From contig JAGLDK010000005.1 in assembly GCA_023145615.1 (NCBI GenBank), positions 1 through 63,039 on the forward strand: DNA of 63,039 nucleotides, written 5' to 3'. Below are positions 1 through 8,889 of this stretch, piece after piece. The notes beneath the pieces were generated by a model. That model had not been told where the DNA came from. It did not search any database and saw nothing but the letters and a program-made list of their open reading frames with translations. Position 1 is the stretch's first letter. Each line of letters opens with the position of its first letter. The translations under genes were made by a program, and so were the position numbers. This DNA is from Ichthyobacteriaceae bacterium (GTDB taxonomy: Bacteria > Bacteroidota > Bacteroidia > Flavobacteriales > JADGDT01).

Positions 1-33
1 TTGTGGACTTTTTGAGTTTTATATTGATGAAGT

Positions 34-996
34 TTATTTGTTTTTTATTTTTATGTAGTTTTTAAAACCACCAATTAAATTTCCTTTCATTAAGTTTTGT
101 TCAACCCACGATATTGCACGGTATTTAGTTTTTTCGTGGTTTAAAAGTTTTCTACCTTTTTTTTGTCTTCCAGAATATTGTAAGTCATCTTTCCAATTGA
201 ATTTTGCAATCCAATCTTTCATTATAGCCGGATGAGTTCCTTTAAATTCCGGAATACGATTTAAAGGACCATAATCGAAAATATTGTCGTGATCTTTGCT
301 AACCTCTTCAATACTCGATTCTTTTCCTCTAAAAGTTTTATTTGCGGATATGTTCTTTTTCGACATTGAACGTGGTGGACGTACATGTCCGTAATGATAA
401 ACATAAGCCTCAAGTTCAATAATATTTAACTTTGTGCTACCTTCTTTTTTCATGTAATCGTTAAAAGAATAATCAAACTCCTCGAATTTTCTGAACGACT
501 GAGCATCTTTCCATGAATGAATTTTATTGTTTTTACGTACAATTCTAATTTCTAAAGGATACCATTTATGATTGCGATGCACATGATTGTAATCTCCCCA
601 AAAATGATTGTATTTAAAAAGAAAACCATCAACTTTTTCATTGTCAACATTATCTTCCATTGCCTTTTTTATTTCGGCATAATCTTCTTCGTGTATAGCT
701 TCATCACCTTGAATATAAATAAGCCAATCGCCTGTGCAGGCTTGCATTGCAATGTCGGTTTGTTGAGCGTAAATTGTGTTTTTCGGATACTCGTCGGCAT
801 TCCAAACAGTATGAATTACTTTTATTTTTGGGCTGTTAATCGATTCTATAATTTCCATTGTATTATCATCGGCATCATTATCGCCAACGGCAATTACAAA
901 CTCATCAACTAATGGTAAAACCGATAAAATAGACTCCTTGGCAGGTATATATAATTTACTAGCATTCTTTATAAATGTAAATCCGCTTACTTTCAT
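34..996 (-). CDS. Glycosyltransferase family 2 (GT-A fold)
   Basis: 320-aa ORF. The N-terminus has the GT2 pattern 'FTFIKNASK...DEFVIAVGDNDADDNT' and there is a DxD-like 'IQGDEAIHE'. Confidence 0.7.
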   Translation of the reverse strand: MKVSGFTFIKNASKLYIPAKESILSVLPLVDEFVIAVGDNDADDNTMEIIESINSPKIKVIHTVWNADEYPKNTIYAQQTDIAMQACTGDWLIYIQGDEAIHEEDYAEIKKAMEDNVDNEKVDGFLFKYNHFWGDYNHVHRNHKWYPLEIRIVRKNNKIHSWKDAQSFRKFEEFDYSFNDYMKKEGSTKLNIIELEAYVYHYGHVRPPRSMSKKNISANKTFRGKESSIEEVSKDHDNIFDYGPLNRIPEFKGTHPAIMKDWIAKFNWKDDLQYSGRQKKGRKLLNHEKTKYRAISWVEQNLMKGNLIGGFKNYIKIKNK

Positions 997-1292
997 ATTA
1001 TTGGTTTTTGGTTAAGGACGAATATAGAAAACAAATTTATGCTTTATAAGGCTTTTTTATTCAGTTTTTAGATGAAATTGATGTTTTAATATTTAATGTA
1101 ATAGCGGTGTATTTGTTTTAATTCGATTTAAAAAATCAGCTAATAGCCAAATAGTGCCACCACTTTGCCAAAAAGTGTATTGATACCCGATTATTTTTTC
1201 ATGTATTTAGCATTATATAAAACTATAACACAACTGTGTAAATTGATATTACATGATTTTTACACAAACTACAACCCTATTTAATTATTAAT

Positions 1293-2681
1293 ATGAAAAC
1301 AAACGTAATAGCAATATTTGATATTGGTAAGACAAACAAAAAAATTATACTATTTGATTTTGACTTAAAAATTAGGCACGAAAAAGAAGTCCGTTTTTCG
1401 GAAATATTAGATGATGATGGCTTTGCTTGCGATGATATTGTACGTATTGAAAAATGGATTGATGATACTCTTTATAATATTGTAAAAGAAGAAAAATACA
1501 ATGTTAAGGCTATTAATTTTTCAACCTATGGAGCTACTTTAATGTATTTAAATGAAGATGGAGAGAGATTAACACCTTTGTATAATTATTTAAAAGAAAT
1601 GCCCAAATATATTGTTAATGATATTTATGAGCAAAACAACGGATTAATTGAATTTACTCGTAGAACAGCATCTCCTGCTTTGGGTTTTTTAAATTCAGGT
1701 TTTCAAATTAAGTGGCTCGAAAAAGAAAAATCAAATACATATAAAAAAGTAAAAAGCATATTACACTTTCCTCAGTATTTAAGTTATGTGTATTCGAATA
1801 GAGTAACTTCTGAGCCAACATCAATTGGATGCCATACTGCAATGTGGGATTTCGACAACTCGAAATATCATAGTTGGGTTAGTGAATTAAATGTTGATAT
1901 GCCCGAACCAGTTTCAAGTTCAACATTATATAACACCACAGTTGCTGGGCAATCAACAAAAGTTGGAGTAGGTATTCATGATAGTTCTGCTGCACTTGTG
2001 CCTTATTTATACGCTAATAAAAACGAATTTATTTTAGTATCAACAGGTACTTGGGCAATTAGCATGAATCCGTTTAATAAAGAAACTCTTACTCAATTAG
2101 AATTAGATTCGGATTGTTTGTGTTTTATGAGTGTTAATAAAGAACAAGTAAAATCATCGAGATTATACATGGGTTATATACACGAAGTAAATGTTAAAAT
2201 GTTGAGCGATTATTTTAATGTGCCAGCCGATTCGTATAAAAATGTAGAGTTAAACGAGTTTACTATTGATACGTTAAATGAAACTTACGGAAGTTATAAA
2301 GCATTCTTTAAAAAGGGTATTCCCGAAAATTACGTTGATAACACTGTTGATTTATCTCAATTCAGCTCATACGATGTTGCATATCATCAGTTAATGATTG
2401 ATTTAACTTGGTATAGTATTAAGTCGATAGAATTGGTTATTCCGTATACCGATACTTCAGATAAAATTTATATAACCGGTGGTTTTGCTAAAAACGATAT
2501 TTATGTAAAATTAATATCGGGATACTTTATTGATAAAACGGTTTACACATCTGAAATAGACAATGCAAGTGCTTTAGGTGCCGCATTAGTTATTAGAGAT
2601 GAACTTGTTAAAGGAGAAAAATTAAACCTTGATTTAGGTTTGAAAGAGTGTAAGGAAACTTTGAATATTGAGGAGTTTTAA
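1293..2681 (+). CDS. rhaB: FGGY-family carbohydrate kinase, probable L-rhamnulokinase
   Basis: 462 aa. It has the N-terminal 'IAIFDIGKTNKK' actin-fold phosphate motif, plus 'VGVGIHDSSAA' and 'ITGGFAKN'. It is clustered with rhaA and a class II aldolase. Confidence 0.6.
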   Translation: MKTNVIAIFDIGKTNKKIILFDFDLKIRHEKEVRFSEILDDDGFACDDIVRIEKWIDDTLYNIVKEEKYNVKAINFSTYGATLMYLNEDGERLTPLYNYLKEMPKYIVNDIYEQNNGLIEFTRRTASPALGFLNSGFQIKWLEKEKSNTYKKVKSILHFPQYLSYVYSNRVTSEPTSIGCHTAMWDFDNSKYHSWVSELNVDMPEPVSSSTLYNTTVAGQSTKVGVGIHDSSAALVPYLYANKNEFILVSTGTWAISMNPFNKETLTQLELDSDCLCFMSVNKEQVKSSRLYMGYIHEVNVKMLSDYFNVPADSYKNVELNEFTIDTLNETYGSYKAFFKKGIPENYVDNTVDLSQFSSYDVAYHQLMIDLTWYSIKSIELVIPYTDTSDKIYITGGFAKNDIYVKLISGYFIDKTVYTSEIDNASALGAALVIRDELVKGEKLNLDLGLKECKETLNIEEF

Positions 2682-2746
2682 AAATCTGAAAACATAGGAT
2701 TAAGAAAATATAAAAACACAAAACACAAAAATAAAAATTTAAAAAA

Positions 2747-4036
2747 ATGAAAATCGACATTAACACAATTCATCCAAAAGAGCTAATTGCTTTTATGTTG
2801 GAAAAAGTTTATAAAGCCGGAAACACAACTACATCGGGCGGAAATATTTCTGTTAGAGACGAAAAAGGAGATGTTTGGATTACTCCTTCATCGGTTGATA
2901 AAGGACGTTTAACTCATAAAGATATTTCGTGTATTAAAGCCGATGGAAGTATTACGGGGTTGCATAATCCATCTTCAGAATATCCTTTTCATGTAGGTGT
3001 TTACGAAAAAAGAGATGATTTAAATGCTGTTATTCATGCACACTCTCCTGCTTTGGTTGCGTTTAGTATTGTTGGAAAAATTCCTAATACTAAAATTACA
3101 CCTTATGTAAATGCTATTTGTGAGGAAATGGGTTTTGCCGATTACAGAGTTCCAGGTAGTCAGGATTTAGGAGATGTTATTGCTGAAGAATTTGCCAAAG
3201 GATTTAATGCTGTAATTATGGAAAACCACGGTGTTGTAATTGCGGGTAAAGATATGATGGAAGCGTATAATCGTTTCGAAACTCTTGAATTACTTGCTCA
3301 AACACTAATAAATGCAAGTGAGTTTGGTACTCCATATCAATTATCGGATAAGGATATTGAAAACTATAATGTTGCTGCGGCAAATATTATGAACAAAAAT
3401 ACAGAGGTTTTATATTCTTCGGAAGAAAAGGAAATTAGAACCGAGATTGTTGATTTTATGAACAGATCAACACTACAAAAATTAATGTACTCTAGTGTTG
3501 GGTCGATTTCGGTACGTATTGCCGATGATAAGTTTGTTACTACTCCTGGAGATAAATTGCGTTGGAATCTTTCTGCCGATGATTTAATTCAGGTTGATGG
3601 AGATAAAATTGAAAACGGAGTTGCAAATAATCATGTTGCTTTAGATAAAGAGATTTTTGACACTAATAAAGATGTTAATGCAATTGTGCATACTTCATCG
3701 CCAAACTTAATGGCATTTTCGGTTATTCATAAAAACCTAGATGTGCGTACAATTCCAGAAAGTTGGATTTTCCTTCAAGATATTTTAAATGTAAAATACG
3801 GAGATCAATTTGCTGGTTCAACAGAAATTGCTAACAAATTAACTTTAGGTAGCCCGTTGGCTGTTATAGAAAACGATTCGGTTTTAGCAATTGGAAAAGA
3901 TTTAACTACTGCTTTCGATAGACTTGAAATTGGAGAATTCAGTGCTAAATCTTTAATAATGGGTAATAAACTTGGAGATTTTAAACCAATGTCGGAAACT
4001 GATGTTGAGGATTTAAGAGTTGCTTTTTTAAGCTAA
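2747..4036 (+). CDS. Two-domain class II aldolase/adducin-family protein, probable L-rhamnulose-1-phosphate aldolase
   Basis: 429 aa made of two tandem aldolase-II halves. Half 1 has 'VIHAHSPALVAF' and 'MENHGVVIAGKD'. Half 2 has 'IVHTSSPNLMAF' and 'IENDSVLAIGKD'. Confidence 0.65.
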   Translation: MKIDINTIHPKELIAFMLEKVYKAGNTTTSGGNISVRDEKGDVWITPSSVDKGRLTHKDISCIKADGSITGLHNPSSEYPFHVGVYEKRDDLNAVIHAHSPALVAFSIVGKIPNTKITPYVNAICEEMGFADYRVPGSQDLGDVIAEEFAKGFNAVIMENHGVVIAGKDMMEAYNRFETLELLAQTLINASEFGTPYQLSDKDIENYNVAAANIMNKNTEVLYSSEEKEIRTEIVDFMNRSTLQKLMYSSVGSISVRIADDKFVTTPGDKLRWNLSADDLIQVDGDKIENGVANNHVALDKEIFDTNKDVNAIVHTSSPNLMAFSVIHKNLDVRTIPESWIFLQDILNVKYGDQFAGSTEIANKLTLGSPLAVIENDSVLAIGKDLTTAFDRLEIGEFSAKSLIMGNKLGDFKPMSETDVEDLRVAFLS

Positions 4037-4043
4037 ACTTTTT

Positions 4044-4100
4044 GAGTCCACTTCGAAAAAGTCCGTTTTTTTATTGGATTTAACTCTTCGGAGTGGACTT
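4044..4100 (+). terminator. Imperfect inverted repeat with an internal T-run after the aldolase gene
   Basis: GAGTCCACTTCG pairs with CGGAGTGGACTT, and GTCCGTTTTTTT lies inside. Its function is uncertain. Confidence 0.3.
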
Positions 4101-4254
4101 TAACATCTTAAAACTTTAGGATGTAAATATTGTGGTTGCACAACCTTTGGCGTATTAATACGTAAATGGTTTTTTTAATAAAAGGCTGTAACTACAATAA
4201 TTATAATTTATAAAATTTAGAAACTAACATATTTAACTATTCAAATAATATAAC

Positions 4255-5715
4255 ATGATTGACGTATTAACAGAAGTAAAAGTATATCAGCAATACATTA
4301 ATGGAGAGTGGGTTGAATCTGAATCAACAGAAATGATTGAGGTTTTAAATCCTGTAACCGAAGAGGTGATTTCAGTTGTTCCTAAAGGAGCTGTTGCAGA
4401 TGCTGAAAAGGCTTTGCAAGCTGCAAAAAATGCACAAGATGCTTGGGAAGATTTACCTGCTGCGGCACGTGGAGAGTATTTAAAACAAATGGCTGTTGTA
4501 ATTACCGAAAACAGAGTTGCTTTGGCTGAAACATTGGCTAATGAGCAGGCTAAAGTTATTGGTTTGGCTCAGGTTGAAATTGATGCTACTGCTGCTTATT
4601 TCGATTATTATGCAGGTTGGGCACGACGTATTGAGGGAGAGATTATTCAGTCGGATAGACCAGGAGAAATCATGTATTTACACAAACATGCAATTGGTGT
4701 TGCTGTTGGTATTTTACCTTGGAATTTCCCGTTTTTTGTAATGGCTCGTAAAGTTGCTGCTGCTTTAATTACTGGTAACACAATAGTTGTAAAGCCAAGT
4801 CAGGAAGCTCCAAATGTAATTATGGAGTGGATGCAGTTGGTTAATGAAAAAATGAGTTTACCTGCAGGAGTTTTAAACTTTGTAAATGGTGCTGGTTCAA
4901 TTGTTGGTCAGGCTCTTTCTGAATCTCCTATTACTGGAATTATTTCTTTAACCGGATCGGTAGGTGCCGGACAAAAGGTTATGGAAGCTGCTGCTAAAAA
5001 CATTACAAAAGTATCGTTAGAATTAGGAGGTAAAGCTCCTGCTATTGTTGCTAAAGATGCTGATTTAGATATGGCGGTTAAAGCTGTTGTTGATTCGAGG
5101 TTGATATTTTCGGGACAAGTTTGTAATTGTGCTGAGCGTGTTTATGTAGCTGCCGAAATTTATGACGAGTTTGTTGCAAGAGCTAAAAAACTTATGAGCG
5201 AAACTAAGGTTTCTCATGCTTTTGATGGAGAATCGGCAATGAGTTCAATGGTTTCTCAAAATCAGGTTGATAAAGTTGAAGGTATGGTAAACAGAGCTAT
5301 TGAAGCAGGTGCTAAACTTGAAACTGGTGGAGAAAAGATGAAGGTTGATGGTAAAGGATTTTTCTTTCAGCCAACATTGTTAACTAATGTAACTCAGGAT
5401 TCTGAAATTATTCAAGAAGAAATTTTCGGACCTGTACTTCCTGTAATGAAATTCAACACAATTGAGGAGGCTGTAAAAATGGCTAACGATAGTGAGTTTG
5501 GATTAACATCTTCGGTTTATTCTAACGACTATAATACAATTATGTATGTTCAGAAAAGATTGAAATTTGGAGAGGTTTATATAAATCGTGAGCATTTTGA
5601 AGCTATACAAGGTTACCATGCAGGATGGAGAAAATCAGGTATTGGTGGTGCAGATGGAAAGCACGGAATGGAAGAGTATTTAGTAACTAAGGTTGTTTAT
5701 TCTCAGGCTAACTAA
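4255..5715 (+). CDS. aldA: NAD(P)-dependent aldehyde dehydrogenase, probable lactaldehyde dehydrogenase
   Basis: 486 aa with the ALDH catalytic motifs 'LELGGKAP' and 'FSGQVCNCAERVYV'. The lactaldehyde role is inferred from its position between the aldolase and lutABC. Confidence 0.7.
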   Translation: MIDVLTEVKVYQQYINGEWVESESTEMIEVLNPVTEEVISVVPKGAVADAEKALQAAKNAQDAWEDLPAAARGEYLKQMAVVITENRVALAETLANEQAKVIGLAQVEIDATAAYFDYYAGWARRIEGEIIQSDRPGEIMYLHKHAIGVAVGILPWNFPFFVMARKVAAALITGNTIVVKPSQEAPNVIMEWMQLVNEKMSLPAGVLNFVNGAGSIVGQALSESPITGIISLTGSVGAGQKVMEAAAKNITKVSLELGGKAPAIVAKDADLDMAVKAVVDSRLIFSGQVCNCAERVYVAAEIYDEFVARAKKLMSETKVSHAFDGESAMSSMVSQNQVDKVEGMVNRAIEAGAKLETGGEKMKVDGKGFFFQPTLLTNVTQDSEIIQEEIFGPVLPVMKFNTIEEAVKMANDSEFGLTSSVYSNDYNTIMYVQKRLKFGEVYINREHFEAIQGYHAGWRKSGIGGADGKHGMEEYLVTKVVYSQAN

Positions 5716-5791
5716 TTATTAAGTAATAAAATAATTTATTTAAAATTGATAGTGTTCGCTCGTTCACTTTTAATTTGAATTAAAGCTTATA

Positions 5792-5841
5792 ATGGAGTTG
5801 ATGTTTTAAATATAAACTTTAAAACATCAACTCCATTTTTT
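5792..5841 (+). terminator. Rho-independent terminator after aldA
   Basis: A 19-bp stem, ATGGAGTTGATGTTTTAAA / TTTAAAACATCAACTCCAT, followed by TTTTT. Confidence 0.7.
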
Positions 5842-5865
5842 ATAAAACAACAAACAATTTGTAAT

Positions 5866-6612
5866 ATGAAAGTAGGATTATTTATACCGTGTTTTGTTGA
5901 TCAGTATTATCCTGAGGTAGGAAAGGCAACTTATCAGTTGCTTACTAAATTGGGTTGCGATGTTGATTATCCAACGGGGCAAACTTGTTGCGGACAACCA
6001 ATGGCAAATGGTGGACATGCAAAAGATTCGGTAAAATTGGCGTATAAGTTTGTTGATATTTTTTCGGAATACGATTATGTGGTTGGTCCTTCGGGAAGTT
6101 GTGTAAGCCATGTTAGAGATCATTACGATATTATTGAGCAAACCGATGATGTAAAACATGTTAGAAAGGATACTTGGGAAATAAGCGATTTTTTGGTTAA
6201 TGTGTTAAAGGTTGATGGAGGTATGCTAAAGGCAAGTTTTCCGCATAAAGTAGGCGTGCATAATTCGTGTCATGCACATAGGCATTTGGGGGTAGGAATT
6301 CAATCGGAATTAAATATACCAAATCAGGAATCAACAATAGAAAAGTTGCTTGCTTTGGTAAATGGTGTTGAAGCTGTAGAAATGGAACATCCCGACGAAT
6401 GTTGTGGTTTTGGTGGTACGTTTAGTGTTACAGAGGCTACTGTATCGGTGCAAATGGGGAAGAATAGAATTAAGGAACACATAAAAGAAAATGTAGAGTT
6501 TATTACCGGAGTTGATATGTCGTGTTTAATGCACATGGAAGGGATTTTGAAAAGAGAAGGACATAAAGTTGAGGTTAAACATTTGGTTGAAATTTTAAAT
6601 TCAGAGTTATAA
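5866..6612 (+). CDS. lutA: Lactate utilisation protein A (CCG-domain Fe-S oxidoreductase)
   Basis: 248 aa with two cysteine-rich CCG motifs, 'GQTCCGQP' and 'DECCGFGG'. It is the first gene of a lutABC triplet. Confidence 0.8.
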   Translation: MKVGLFIPCFVDQYYPEVGKATYQLLTKLGCDVDYPTGQTCCGQPMANGGHAKDSVKLAYKFVDIFSEYDYVVGPSGSCVSHVRDHYDIIEQTDDVKHVRKDTWEISDFLVNVLKVDGGMLKASFPHKVGVHNSCHAHRHLGVGIQSELNIPNQESTIEKLLALVNGVEAVEMEHPDECCGFGGTFSVTEATVSVQMGKNRIKEHIKENVEFITGVDMSCLMHMEGILKREGHKVEVKHLVEILNSEL

Positions 6613-8078
6613 TGGAACCTACACAAGCTAAACCGCAAACAAAATTTAACACAAAATCTGAAACGAAACCTAAAGCAAATCTTAAAACAAAAAAGATAAT
6701 TAAACAACAAACACAAACACAAACACACGCACAGTTAGCCGAAGGGTTTTTATCGAATCAATTAAAGGCAAGTTGGTTTAATAAAAGTATTTGGTATCAG
6801 CGTGATAAAAGAGATGTGGCAACCAAAAAACTCAACGAGTGGGAAACACTTAGAGAGTTAGCATCGGATATAAAAGCACATACTTTATCGAAATTAGATG
6901 AGTATTTAATTGAGTTTGAAGAAAAGGCAACAGCCAACGGAATAAATATACATTGGGCTTCTGATGATAAGGAACACAACGAAATTGCAACCAATTTATT
7001 GAAAAAACACAATGCCAAAAAGGTTGTAAAAAGTAAATCGATGCTTTCGGAAGAGTGCGAACTGAATCATCATTTAGAAAATAATGGTATTGAAATTATA
7101 GAATCGGATTTAGGAGAAAGGATATTGCAATTTTCTGGAGAAAAACCAAGTCATATTGTAATGCCAGCTATTCATAAAACCAAAGAAGAGATTGGAGAGT
7201 TATTTGAGGAAAAGTTAAATACCAAAAAAAGTAACGATCCTGTTTATTTAACTCAAGCGGCACGATTACATTTAAGAGAAAAGTTTATAAATGCCGATGC
7301 ATCAATGAGCGGTGTAAATTTTGCGGTTGCCGAAACCGGTAGTTTTGTTCTTTGTACAAACGAAGGAAATGCCGATTTGGGTTTAACTGCAAACTCTAAA
7401 TTACACATTGCATCAATGGGAATTGAAAAGATAATTCCGAAGCAAGAGCATTTAGGGGTTTTTGTTAGAATGCTTGCTCGTAATGCAACTGGGCAACCAA
7501 TAACTACATATACAAGTCATTTTACAAAGCCAAATAAAGGTTCGGAAATACATATAATTATTGTTGATAATAACCGAACAAAATTGTTGGCAGAAGAGAA
7601 GTTTAACTCTTCGTTAAAATGCATACGTTGTGCGGCTTGTATGAATACTTGTCCGGTGTTTAAAAATAGTGGAGGACACTCTTATAATTTTGTTATTCCA
7701 GGACCTATTGGTGCAATTTTAGCACCAGCCCACGATATAAAAAAGTACGAAGATATGCCATTTGCATCTACGCTTTGCGGATCGTGTAGCAATGTTTGTC
7801 CGGTTAAAATAAATATACACGAACAGTTGTACGATTGGCGTCAGGAAATTACCCAACGCAAAAGTTCGTTTACCATAAAAAGTATAATGATGAAAGGTGG
7901 TGCTTTTGTACTAAGTCATACTTGGATGTATCGATTGTTTGGTAAAATAGGAGGTTTTTTTGTTCATAATTTCCGAAAGATTTCGACAATGGCAACACCA
8001 TGGGGAAAAGGCAGAGAGTTGCCCGATGTTCCGAAAGAAAGCTTTAAGGATTGGTGGGATAATAATGCTAAGAAGTAG
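6612..8078 (+). CDS. lutB: Lactate utilisation protein B (4Fe-4S, LUD domain)
   Basis: 488 aa with two ferredoxin motifs, 'CIRCAACMNTCPV' and 'CGSCSNVCPV'. The start overlaps the lutA stop as TAATG. There is an unusual K/T/Q-rich N-terminal extension of about 40 aa. Confidence 0.8.
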   Translation: MEPTQAKPQTKFNTKSETKPKANLKTKKIIKQQTQTQTHAQLAEGFLSNQLKASWFNKSIWYQRDKRDVATKKLNEWETLRELASDIKAHTLSKLDEYLIEFEEKATANGINIHWASDDKEHNEIATNLLKKHNAKKVVKSKSMLSEECELNHHLENNGIEIIESDLGERILQFSGEKPSHIVMPAIHKTKEEIGELFEEKLNTKKSNDPVYLTQAARLHLREKFINADASMSGVNFAVAETGSFVLCTNEGNADLGLTANSKLHIASMGIEKIIPKQEHLGVFVRMLARNATGQPITTYTSHFTKPNKGSEIHIIIVDNNRTKLLAEEKFNSSLKCIRCAACMNTCPVFKNSGGHSYNFVIPGPIGAILAPAHDIKKYEDMPFASTLCGSCSNVCPVKINIHEQLYDWRQEITQRKSSFTIKSIMMKGGAFVLSHTWMYRLFGKIGGFFVHNFRKISTMATPWGKGRELPDVPKESFKDWWDNNAKK

Positions 8079-8135
8079 CATTTTAATTAGTTACAAATTA
8101 GTAATTAGTTATTTTGAAATTAATATTTACAGGTT

Positions 8136-8720
8136 ATGACAACTAGAGAAAAAATACTGAATAGAATAAAAAAAGGTGTAGCACCAAATGTTGATTTGCC
8201 AGATATGAGCATTGCCGAAAGTTGGATAACTCCAATTAACCACCATGATTTAAAGCTTGTTTTAGAAAGTGTTGGGGGCGATTTGCAATATGTTGATTCG
8301 GTTGAAGAATTGAACTATAAGTTAGGCGATATGTTTCCTGAGAGCTTAAATATTTACTCAAATGTAAAGGGTGTAGATTCTAATTTTAGTATAAAAAATA
8401 AAACGGCAATTGAACTTGCAAATATTGGAGTAGCGGTGCTTAATGGCGATTTTATTGTTGAAGAAAATGGAGCAGTTTTTATATCGGATAAAAATATGGG
8501 GTTAGATTCAATACCCACTATTACTGAATATTTGGTAATGGTTATTCCGAAAAATAATATTGTTAAAACAATGCATCAGGCTTACAAACAGTTTAATTTA
8601 AGAGAGCTTAGATATGGTACATTTATTTCTGGTCCATCTAAAACAGCCGATATAGAATCGACTTTGGTATTTGGAGCACATGGAGCCAAAAATTTAACTG
8701 TATTTATGGTTAACGAGTAG
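8136..8720 (+). CDS. lutC: Lactate utilisation protein C (LUD/YkgG family)
   Basis: 194 aa. It is the third gene of the lutABC triplet and has the expected size. Confidence 0.65.
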   Translation: MTTREKILNRIKKGVAPNVDLPDMSIAESWITPINHHDLKLVLESVGGDLQYVDSVEELNYKLGDMFPESLNIYSNVKGVDSNFSIKNKTAIELANIGVAVLNGDFIVEENGAVFISDKNMGLDSIPTITEYLVMVIPKNNIVKTMHQAYKQFNLRELRYGTFISGPSKTADIESTLVFGAHGAKNLTVFMVNE

Positions 8721-8889
8721 TAAAGTAAGTAAAACTCAATGTTTTTTTTGAGCAAAAAGTGACATAGAAATGCCAATTTGTGTATTGCCATTAAGTGTAT
8801 ATAAATTCATATTTGTATAAATATTATTACGAAACAAAATTTAATAATTGCAGAACTACGCAATTTTACCATAAAAAACATAATATATA

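Noticed and set aside
568-912. Antisense or shadow ORFs inside longer genes (568-912+, 4517-4741+, 5878-6159-, 6324-6728-, 6797-7018-, 9326-9544-, 10860-11210+, 14381-15074 both strands, 15585-15797-, 16590-16799-, 22873-23133-, 23584-23781-, 24118-24585+, 26861-27124-, 27740-27931-, 32871-33177, 35388-35892-, 37287-37739+, 39075-39299-, 39477-39719-, 40739-40957-, 43908-45142+, 45696-45878-, 48117-48308-, 48834-49139-, 53993-54295-, 55993-56199-, 56836-57138+, 58993-59383-)
   Set aside because: Each is fully or largely embedded opposite or out of frame to a gene with clear family motifs. Their translations are low-complexity, Cys/Phe/Ile-rich sequence typical of shadow frames in AT-rich DNA.
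8582-8791. 69-aa minus-strand ORF overlapping the lutC 3' end
   Set aside because: It overlaps lutC and the following spacer, and there is no supporting signal.
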